A DNA stretch of 64,000 bases, from positions 19,144,795 through 19,208,794 of the forward strand of contig NC_092670.1 of the NCBI RefSeq assembly GCF_964355755.1, read 5' to 3'. The stretch's first letter is position 1; each line of letters begins with the position of its first letter. Position numbers and translations under genes: made by a program. Of the stretch, positions 11,901-23,900 are shown in pieces. This DNA comes from Antedon mediterranea. Taxonomy: Eukaryota > Animalia > Echinodermata. A model generated the notes under the pieces. It did not search any database, was not told the origin of the DNA, and saw only the letters and a list, made by a program, of their open reading frames with translations.

Positions 11901-14900
11901 TGTATCAGTAAAACATCACAGATGTCATTTGATTGGATAAAAGTTTGGTTGACATCAATTGCTAATCTGTGATTGGTTGAAGATACACTTCTTCTGTTCT
12001 AACAATGTAGAGTTATATAAAACAAGAACTAGAGTTCATTCATGAATTTAAGATTGAGATTTTCAAATTATTCAATCTATTAAACATTTAACTTAGAATT
12101 CAAAACTCTTTAAAGAAGTACTCTATATATCAGAATTATAGTGTTCATTTCTGATTCTACAAAAATATATTATAGACAAATCATCAAAGAAATTTAAACA
12201 AATGAAAATTAATAATAGTTCTTGTTTATAAACTCTTCTATCTAACAATCAGCATGTGCCTGTAAATGCACTAGTTGAATGAATAGCCTTTATCAATCCA
12301 TGCATTTCTCTCAGTGGTGAATCCGGTGCTGGAAAGACAGAAAACACGAAAAAAGTAATCCAGTATTTTGCCAGTATCGCTAGCTCAGCATCCAAAGAAC
12401 CCCAGACAGGAGAGAAGAAGGTACAGTGTCAAGCGGTGGCTAAACATCTAGCATAACCTGGCAACCTTTCATCCTATAATGCAAATCCTACTTGAACTAT
12501 TTTCAAAAATCCTAATTGTTTTTTCTTATTTAAAAATAATATTTAAAAAAGAGGGTTTTCTTTTTTAATCTTAGAACTCATTTATTATAAAAATGTTTAT
12601 TTCTTTCCAATCCACAATTTATCTTTCTTCAATATCAGCGATTTTAATTGATTAAATTTGGTTGTTCCTCATTAATATTTCTAACCTCAAAATTTTAGAT
12701 ATGATTGTGTTTAAATATACCATAATTATATCTTAATATGAAGTACACAACTTAGAAAACATATCTACATTTAAACAAATTTACTCCTCTCCCCCCCCCC
12801 CCCCACCCAACCCTAAAAAAGAAGTTAACGAAATAATTCTAATTGGCTTTGCATATTGGGCTGACCATTGGCAGATTACCAGGTTATGCTGGGGGTCATT
12901 CTGAATGACCACTTGTTTATACCACACATTATGTACAATCTACCTTTTATCTATCAATGTACTTTACTCTGTATTCAAGTTATCTCGCTATAACTTTTGT
13001 TTTGTTTTGTTTGTTTCAATGTTGATTTTTAAATAAGAGTTTGGATTTTACTGAATTATAATACAGTAATTTAGGCTTATCGATATCTTCAAAAGTTATA
13101 TTTTCTTACTCCCCTTAATAATTTATATTACGTTAATTAGTTTTGTTTGTTTTTAAGTGACCCACACCTTTAAATTGATTAAATTACAGTATTCAAGCCT
13201 TTTGTTTTATTTTGTTTGTAAACTTTTCATTAATTTTTGTTTGTTTATTTGTTCAAATTGTTCTTTCAAGAAAATTGTTGATATTTAAATATCAATTTCG
13301 ATTATTCAAATTTTACTGTTATAAAATGTTACCCTACATTTATAATTTTAAAGTATAAAATATAATAATAATAAAATAATTTTAAATATTAATTCTTAGT
13401 TTTTTCTTCCCAATTTGAGATGATAACTTGTTTCGACAGAGTATGCATAGACTGGGGTTTTTTCTTCCTGAAATTCTTCAATGATGATATATATTATGTA
13501 GACATATATTTTTTAAAACACAATATATAGTAGTAAAGTATATAAAGATAAAATTCCATTAGAACAGAAAGCATGAAATTATAATTCTGCAATGCATGTA
13601 GGCATAAATAAATATACACAATAATTAAAAACAGGGAGTAAATATAGTTATATTAGAAAAATCAATGGATCACGTAAATATTATTTACTACAGTTGCTTC
13701 AGTAAATTGAATATGGACCTACTGCAACAGCTACTGAAATTAGCTAAGCTCTGTCTACACTATCAAACTAATTTGACAAAAAAAGTATGATGTGCCAAAA
13801 AATGGTAGTGATATGTCATAAATATATATAGGCACATCACATTTTTTTGACACATGAAGTTTGATAGTGTAGACAGAGCTTAAATGCAGAAAGTCTGTAA
13901 AAAACGTTTACCTACTTAGTAGGTACTGAAGCAAATGCTGTAAAATAATTCTTTCATGGTTCCTCAAGTAGTTTGTTGTAGAATTACTCTCTCACACTTT
14001 ATCATTTGCATGAATACTACCTTAAATGCATATAGAATGGTCTAATAGCGGCAGTACCTCTTTAAGTAAATTATTGAATGAATTATACTATATTGTTAAA
14101 AAATATATTTTTTTCAATTATGGAATTTTATATATACCTATATACCTGTATATTAAATTTAGTACACAGGGTATATGGACCTATATATTTTTTTCGGGTT
14201 TATTCTGGTAAGTATTCATGCATGCAAAAAGAGAGAGAATAATTCTACAATTTAGCTTTTTATTGAAAGATATCATTAGAATTATTTTAGCCAAATGAAA
14301 GGCAGAACATTACAAAGGAAATTTGATAGAAATGCAACTGGTGTAACTTGCATTTTACAGAGTCTTTGTACATTCTCATGTCCGGCTTTGGCCTGATTGA
14401 GACTAGAATACGTTGGCAAAAGTTATTACACTCGGAGCTAGCTACAGTATCCCCACTAGACTCCCGTAGACAGTAATGTCCGCATGTGTACTCTGTAACA
14501 TAAAATTATGTCATGCTCATAAGAAATGTTCACAGTTACCATATCAACTGTGTCAAAGTGCATGTCAAAAATTCACGCATGTAGTTTTCATAGATGTAAA
14601 ATTAAATTAAAACATTTAAATAAAATGAAAAAAAAAAGAGATTAAGAACATGTTTAATGTAATGTTTAATGTTATGATTTAATCATTTTAATGTTGTACA
14701 TATTTATGCATGTTTGTCTTTAACATCGTTTGTTTGGTTTGTTGATCACAGTTATATAAACGCAATATTGATGATCAAGTTGTCCAGGCTAACCCTGTGA
14801 TGGAAGCATTCGGCAATGCGAAAACATGCCGTAATGATAACTCTTCACGTTTTGTAAGTAACCCCCTGGTTTACCACATGTTTTATTTTATGCAATGTTT

Positions 14901-17900
14901 TATTTCACTGTGCAATTTTACACGATAAAAAATCTAGGGTTTAGAAGAACAAGTTATCCAAACCAACCCTCCTCTTGAAGCTTTCGGTAACGCCAAGACC
15001 ATCCGTAATGACAACTCCTCCCGATTTGTAAGTAAATGCGTGTTTTGAACACGTATCAAGATTTGCAGTCTCGTTGTTGTGAACTCATCCTGTGGATTTG
15101 TTTTGTGGCCCCCCTGACAGTTAATTTTACCCTCTTCTCGATGTCTATCATCTCCTTTTCATCTGCTGTGCTGTGTTCAAATACATAAAAACTATTATAC
15201 AAATATATAACATAACATTGATGTTGAATAATTTTTTTTAAACTTTATATATTTTTAATATATCTAAGGTTGATAATGATGCTATTATATACTGTTTATC
15301 GATTTATTTATTGATGTGAATTTGTTTACATATGTTTAACACGTCTATTTCCAATTAAAGACCATTTTTAAAAACAAATAATTATTAGAGATTGAGGTAT
15401 AATTCCATGCTCCTAATTTAGGCTAAATTAAGAAGGAAAATACTTGTTATGCATTGTTGAGGAAAGCAGAGTATTATCTCACCCTATAACTATACTCTGT
15501 TATATACAGTTTATTGTTTATTCAATCTAAACAATCTTATTTGTGTGTTTTCTTTTTTAAACTGGTCTTTAGTTGGAGTGACATTTATATTACATAATTT
15601 ACATATTTAATTTTGTTGTTGATTGTATGTTGCATGTTTTGACATAATAATTAAATTCAAAATCAAAAGTATAGAATTTTCAATCTGTTTATGGAATGCA
15701 GTAAATAAAAAGTGTTCATCGATTCTACAGTATTATCTAAAAAACAGAAAATGTTAAATCATATTATCAAGGTCCATACTAAAAACATTTTAAAAATTGT
15801 AGAAGGCCTGGAAAATTTGTATTTCATTTAAAAGTAATTGACAAAAATTTAATAAGATGAAGACAATTTTTTTTTCACATTTATACAATTATTTCACTTT
15901 ACTATGTTATTTTAAATTATGTGAAACTGTTCAAAAGTCAAGGAATTTTGGCTTGAAAGTCATGAAAATTAACTCTTGAGAAAGTGTATGAACCCTGTTG
16001 CATGTAATATGATAATTTTCCCGATGACCCTTGAATGCATGAGTTGTTTTTGCATGATTATTACTAAGTGTAATGTTTGAAATTACAGTCAGCTCTTCCA
16101 AAACCAGAAACACTTTGTGGCACTGTGGATTGGTGGTTGACTACTAGTTTACCAATCCAAAGTCCTTGGTTCAAATCTTTTCAGATTTTTTTAAAAGTCG
16201 AACACAGCGAAACTAGGCCTCATATGAGATTCGGTGTTCCCCGATTATGTAATTATTGTGTTGTGTGCTACTGTAGACATGTGAGAACTTTTTACAAAAA
16301 TCTTTCCTACTATCAAAATCCAAAATGCTAGTCCAATTGTGTACGGTTTTGCACGAGTTGACTGTATGTATATAGCTATTAATTTTATATTACTAAAAAC
16401 GTTATTATGAATATAAATTTTAAGTTAGCTACAGCTGAAAGTAGAAATCCATTCCAACACTGTAATTTGCATTCACTTAAAGTATTAATTATTACATTAC
16501 AAAGTAGACTTCCACAGATTTACAATATGCAAACATTTACTGTATATAAAATATTTTAAACCTTTCATTAAAACAAAAATAAATGCACTATAACAATATC
16601 AGACTTTTAAATAATTAGCAAACAATCTTAAAATTAAAAAATGCATGTTAATTAGATTAAAAATATGCATGCAAAAATACAAGTATAGGCCTAGAACATT
16701 CACTACTGACGCGAGTATCACTTAGTGCATACAATTACATCTTAGACATTCTCAAAACAGTATTTTAAGTTTGATGTACATATTAAGCGCAATATTAACT
16801 TTGTCTTTCTGATTTTTCTCTAAAATTACAGGGTAAATTCATCCGTATCCACTTTGGTGGCAATGGAAAGTTGGCTGGAGCTGATATTGAAACTTGTAAG
16901 TAAAATGAATGACACTAGCTTGATGGTTAACATGTTTTATTTCCTTAGGTTATCAGTTTTTCTCATCCTTGAAAATAAAAATTGCTTTCGCATTGGACAT
17001 TTTGTTCATTCTGGTTCCTCAACTTGAATATATATAAAACCCTAATGCCTGTGTTTTTAAGTATATTCTTTCTTTAATCAACTTGCATTTTTTTAAACTT
17101 TAAGATCTGCTTGAAAAATCCAGAGTTGTAACCCAGTTAGGAGGTGAAAGAGCATACCATATTTTCTACCAGATCTTGTCTGGAGGAATTGATGGACTTC
17201 TTGGTAAGATATTAATTAAAACTCATACATATTCATATTCATGACTTACATTAGCACATTAATTCATGAGATAGCTGCTCATAAATATTCATAAATTGAT
17301 AATTGAACTGCTCATCATATTCATTAGATACAATATACAATATTATTATTACTCTATATAGTACTCTACATATGCATAGAGTATAATTGATTTTTGTTTC
17401 TTTTCAGAAAAACTTGCCCTCACTGGAAAGCCTGAGGATTACAACTTCACATCTCAGGGTGTCACTACCATCGACAACGTAGATGACAAGCAAGAGATGT
17501 GCGACACTGACGTAAGATTTCTTACCAACATCACTACAACAATCATAATTCTTATCAATACCAATTTGTCCCTGGGTGTGTTCAGGCACAAAAAATAGCT
17601 GTGATGGTCCCATCATGGACCTAAAGTGGGGTCCATAGTCCCATAGGTTATTCCAAGAGCAGGTGAACAACCATGTGTTGATCTGGGCCTCCGTGATCAA
17701 ATAAAGTTGAATTGGATTGAAAAAATCATTTTGACCACTATCGACCTCGACCATCTTCATTAAAAGGCATAGTTTACATTTAATACTATTTACATTGTCA
17801 TTGTTGCCTCACGATCTTATATTGTTATAATGTCATAATGATCACACATCATCGCCATTATTCTACTTTTTATGGCCTTAATTTGTTACATTCAACAGAA

Positions 17901-20900
17901 AGCCTTGGATGTATTGGGCTTCATCCCTGAAGACAAACTGTCCATGTGGAAACTCTGTGCTGCTATCCTTCACTTTGGTAATGCCAAGTGGAAGCAGAGA
18001 CCAAGAGAGGAGCAGGCTGAATCTGATGGCACTGAACGTAAGTATTTTTGAAAAACAACAATGAATTGTTGAATGAAAAGTCAATGTTGTGCACTACATT
18101 GTAGGATATTTGTAGAAACCAAGTCAGCCAAAGATAAATCTCCGTAGCTCAGCATCCTGTTGTTAGATACCCTTGGTCCAATTGGTTATAATGGTATATT
18201 TCTTTAAATATAATTAATTTGTTATGTAATAAAAATAGTCTCTAGTATAAGTAATTCAAGAAAACAGTAGATTTCCAACAATACATTTCTATTTTTGTTG
18301 ATTTACAGAAATTGATGCTGTGTCCTACCTGCTTGGCCTGAATGCTCAGGACTTGATGAAGAACTTGCTTAAGCCTAGGATCAAAGTCGGCACAGAATAT
18401 GTACAACAAGGACGTACCAAGGAGCAGGTCAGTGCGTCAGTTCTGTCCATAATCAATTGTATTTTTATTGGCTATCGATTGCATACAACTGTAACTTGGT
18501 GGTTAACATGCTTGTTTACCAATCGTAATGTCCCAAAGTCTGCTACTTTAACAAATGCAGGTCCTCTTACTGGTATGTTTAATGCTCCTCCAACAAGACT
18601 TGGCATTATGAACGTATTGTAGCCCCAAAATATATACATAATATGCACAAGCCTAAAAAAACTCCAACAAGCCATAAAACTAAAAGATATTGTCAAATGT
18701 ACATCCTATATTTTTTCGTTGATTTTTTATAAGAAATCATTGATATTATTCTTTTAGGTTGCCTATTCTGTCAATGCTCTCTCCAAAGCCATTTACAACA
18801 AGCTTTTCGGTTGGTTGGTCAGCCGTGTCAACACAACACTAGACACTAAATCTACCAAGGCTTTCTTCATTGGTGTCCTGGATATTGCTGGGTTTGAGAT
18901 CTTTGATGTAAGTATGATGCAGAGTGTAATTCATGTAAAAATTAGGTGTATTGTTACACAACAATGTGTTCCGTAATTGGGTTGTCCCCTAATTATGTCG
19001 TGGACAGATGAGAGAGTGGCACTTACATGACGTCTCTTAGAGGAGAAACATTTAGGTGAAAAGTGTAACATCTGAGTCCACAGCGCCATGAGCAATGAAA
19101 TATTTATTGAAACGCTATACAAGAACTCGTATATAATATTATTATTATTAGCCATAGTGTTATAATATATATTGCCCTCATTCATTTTATGGGACAGTGT
19201 CCCTTGAATAGTGGTGTCCCAACAGAACGGTTCTACTGTAGTTACATAAATCACAGATCAATTTAATTTTTAACAATGTATTTAAACAAATTATACAGTA
19301 TACCGGTATTGATAGTTTTTATCTCTAATACACATCAGATATACAAATTTACACTCTTCTTTTCCCCTAGTTCAACACATTTGAACAGCTTTGCATCAAC
19401 TTGACTAATGAGAAATTGCAACAGTTTTTCAACCATCACATGTTTGTGCTAGAGCAAGAAGAATACAAACGTGAAGGAATTGACTGGGAATTCATTGATT
19501 TTGGTATGGATCTTGAGAACACCATCCAGCTTATTGAGGGTGTAAGTACATTTAATGGAATAGATAACAGGCCAAACAAGTTATAATGTAATGTTTTTAG
19601 CAATACATTTAATGGTATTACCCTATATCTAAGTACTTGTGAACATTTATTTCTCCAACAAAAAAAATTATGCAGATCTACACAGTGAAGTTTTACTCTC
19701 TTCATGTAGTACAAAACATTCTTATAAGCCTAGTGACTGACATACATCTGTATCAATATTGTTTTGATTTTAGTGGGTGGCCCTGTCACTCAAGTGTGGC
19801 TCTGAAGTATGCTATCAAATTTTGGTCTTGTTCTTATATTCTAAAGTTTAATAATTTAATTCAAATTTGTTCTCCAGAAAATGAGTGTATTTGACATCCT
19901 TGAGGAAGAGTGCATGATGCCAAAGGCCTCTGACAAGACCTTCACTGACAAATTGGTTAAGCAACACAAGGGAAAACATCCTAACTTTGGAACTCCAAGC
20001 CTTGGAAAGAAGAAGGGTGTATCCACATCTGAATATCACTTTGAAGTTCACCACTATGCTGGAACAGTGAGTATTATTTGGCACTTCATCTCTACCCCTA
20101 CCTAGAGATCCTTTGTCTACACTATCAAACTTTATATGACAAAAAAATGTGATGTGCGGCCCATATATGGAAATAATTTAATTACATCATATCACTACCA
20201 TATTTTGGCACATCACATTTTTTTGTCAAACTAGTTTGATAGTGTGGACAGAGTTTTAGACACATGCAGCATGATTTAGCACCATAGACAATTTCAAGAC
20301 TCCAATTTAAACATGGCTGTCTTGGACTAAATGACCTATAAATTTACCAATCCGTAGTATTACATATTTACTGGAAAATCAAACATGACTTAATTTGTAT
20401 TCATTATTTCAGGTTGGTTACAATACTGACTTCTGGTTGGACAAGAACAAAGATCCATTGAATGAAGCTGTAGTTGACCTCTTCAGGAAGGGCACAGAAC
20501 ATCTGCTGCCAAAACTTTTCTCTGACATCCCAACTGGTGGTAAGTTTCTTCAATAATCTCTTATATATATCTTATAATAATAATGAAACTTCAAGAATTC
20601 ATCTCTTAGTGAGGGTTTTTCTTTAATGCTCTGTCTACACTATCAAATTATTTTGACAAAAAAAGTGATATGACACCATCTTGTCCATATATGGGTACAT
20701 CACATTGTTTGTTAGTGTAGACAGAGCTTTAATCTATACAATTAACTCTCCCAAACGTTGTCGACCATGACTCCGTTCAAAATGTTTTTTTATGACACTT
20801 GGGTGGGTTGGGAATCCCCATTCATTTCATACATTAGTGTCACAATTTTGTTAAATTATGATGTAGTCTTGTTTAGTTGTACTGTATTGTTTTATGAATT

Positions 20901-23900
20901 CTATTGATCTTTTCTATCTACATAGTTAACTGATAATATGTTGTAATTGTTTTTTTTCTACCTGATACTGTATACAGTATATTACTAGTCATTGAAGAAT
21001 AATTTGTTTTCTATTTTTCAATTCAATTTTACCATTGAAATTCTTTTCTTTTTAATTACATTAGTTATATAGTCACTTTTATCTATCCGTAAACAAATTA
21101 ATAAACGTATGTTTTAAATGGATTAGCTAAGGTTGCGAAGTATTGCTTTATGGGAACTGTTCCATCCATGCAGGCCGAAGGAACTCAAGGTAGTATTGAG
21201 CACCAAAGGGACTGCATCCAACACACTGGCTTGTTAGTGTGCTATAAATTGCTATCACTTCTACTTCACAAACCCCCTTCCCTTATGTACATGTGAGTTA
21301 TGTACTTGTGGGAGTTAAATAACAGAGTACCTGTTCTTTTATGTATTGTACTGGCAGTCACTTTTACCTCACTTCCTCCCTCTGTACAACCTTCCTAGGT
21401 GTTCTAACCTACAATATAGATTTTATAATGTAGACAATTATTTAACTTTTGTGTAACACAGTCAACCGAGTTGCAAAGTACAATTTCCAGGGCAATCAAT
21501 CAGCAGCTGTAACGACAGGTAGTTTATATCAGATCCTTTGAAATACTAGTTGCAGCTGTATCAAACTATGAAATACGAATGTAGAGGATTCAACTATAGG
21601 ATTCAGATATAGAACTAGTGCATATAGATTAAATACCATTAAATCATGAAACACTAAGATCTTGTTCTTTAGTCCATCTTGCTACTTGCTTTCTGAATAC
21701 AGCAAACGTTTGCTAGTAGAATTAAAAGTTCTGCTAAGTTCTGCCAATTCTATGCAGCTGCATGTATAAAAAGGTGACAGTAGTTTATGCCACAAATATC
21801 TTTTCTTCACTTTTACAATAGAAGTTTCTTTTCTTTAAAACTTTACTCACAAGAATAAGCATTTTTAATGATGGGTTTGGGTTTTGAAAGAGGAGTATGG
21901 GTATTATATGAACAGAAAGGTTTGAGAGGAAGGGATATGTTTGAGGTCAATGGGACAGGTTTAAGTGAGTGTGAGGTGTAGGTTAATAGGGTGGGAGGTT
22001 GGGATGTCACTAAAAGGCAAGTGCTTATTCATGTTAGTAGGGTATTACTATAATCTTAAGCTTGGTTGTTACTAGGATGCAATGCAAGTACATAAACGCA
22101 ACGTAAGTAATCACATCACAAGCGATGGATTATTCAAACTGTCGCTTGCCATTGATCAACTCGCTTGCGTTGCGTTTACCTCATTGTGTTGCGTCCTGGT
22201 GGGACCCAAGTTTTCAAAGTAGGATCTACAGCTACTGTATATACTTTTCTGCATACAAACACTGGTCTTTACTGTAATATATTGCTACACCTATTCAAAT
22301 TTAATGCACTTATCTCTCGCTGTTAGTGTTATATAGTTCAATCTACAATACTTCAGATAGTATTTATAGGAGTAAATAAAATTAAGTCTTTTTAGTGTAG
22401 TATCATAGTTTATGTACATAGATAGATAATCTATTTCTCTTTTACTTTTTTTTAAATAGAAAAAATAGCTTTGCAGGGTAGATTTTCAAATATTTCTTTA
22501 TTTAAAAAATGTAGTTTGCAATTTTATGCTAACTGCTTTGGCTGTCTAAGAAACAAAGTTGCTTTTACTAAAATTTTGCAAATACTAACATCTAAACTAT
22601 ATGTCTGTGTCTGTATTTATGGTAACTAACCATTTGCTAGCTTGCTTAAAATCAAGAAAGCCTAACAGAGTATTGCACAATGTATGTAATAAAACCCAGT
22701 AGGGCCTACTTAAGTATAAAACGCAGTAGAGCCTACATCAATATATCTAATAAAACCCAGTAGGGCCTATTTAAATATAAAACCCAGTAGGGTCTACTTA
22801 ATTATAAAATCCAGTAGGGCCTAATATCATATCTTATAAAGCCCAGTAGGGCCTAGCATCATATCTTATAAAGCCCAGTAGGGCCTACATCAATTCCATG
22901 ATATATCATATAAAGCCCAGTAGGGCCTACTTTATTGATATAGCTCAAGTGCAACATTTTGTATTTTCATTCATAACTGCAATTGATACTCCAAAACGAA
23001 TTAATTCTCATCTTCCAACAGATCAATTGGTCGAGTAAAGTAGTAGGATCAAACTACCACTTGATATTATTCATTCTACCCATATGGCCTTTAATTGGGA
23101 GGTTCCTTAATAGACCTGTTGATTATCTATACTTGATTGCATGAAAACTGTTTAAAAATTATGTTTTGAAGTGATTTGCTAATGCTTTTTTTATTTCTTT
23201 GCTTCAACAGGAAAACAAAGTAAGTTTATTTTATTTGTTGTTTAAACATGATTATTACAATTTATGTTGGTCTGTTTTCCAAACAGACCAACACTTTTAT
23301 TGAAAACAATTCATTTGGAGGCTATTGTGATAAGAATATAATTTTTTTTGGTTTGGCAGACAAAACAAATTTTAGACAAATTTTACTGGAAGTATGATTT
23401 ACTATTTAATTTTTTGAAAACACCAGATTTTGACCCTGCTAATATTCAAAAACATTTCCCAAAATATTCTTTGTGTAATATTTGAAAAATAGTAGTATCA
23501 TAATAAAGTACCCATGTATTATTATGTAACATAAACAAAATTAATCTAAACAGTTTTTAACAATATGTTTTGTCATTTGCTATGTTTAACATTGGCATTT
23601 GCAGTTTGAAGTGTGCCTTGCATATTATTTGTTACAATAATTACCGTTTTAAATCAATTTTTATTTAACTGTAAGCTATATAAGAACAGGACAGACATTT
23701 GAAATGTTATGTAGCACAATTTTGTATGTTACATGTACTGTAGATAAGGTATAGTAGGGTTCTTGGAATATGTAACATTTTGTAATGTTATGGAAATTTA
23801 TATACTTGGTACAGAATGTGCATTAATGTTTATGACATGTTTAAGGCAGTTTTATTGCTATTGTCTTTTAGGATTTTATAAAATTTTGTTTTTAATGTTG

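Noticed and set aside
14356-14498. GC-richer island with short inverted repeat ttacagagt...actctgtaa and an acceptor-like CAG upstream of the switch-I exons
   Set aside because: The phase-0 reading hits a stop after 11 codons and the stem is only ~9 bp, too weak to call a third exon or ncRNA.
21174-21189. Possible second loop-2 microexon CAG|GCCGAAGGAACTCAAG|GTAGTA
   Set aside because: At 16 nt (or 19 nt with the next GT) it is not frame-preserving in this phase-1 intron and no compensating partner exon was found; worth a glance in RNA-seq only.
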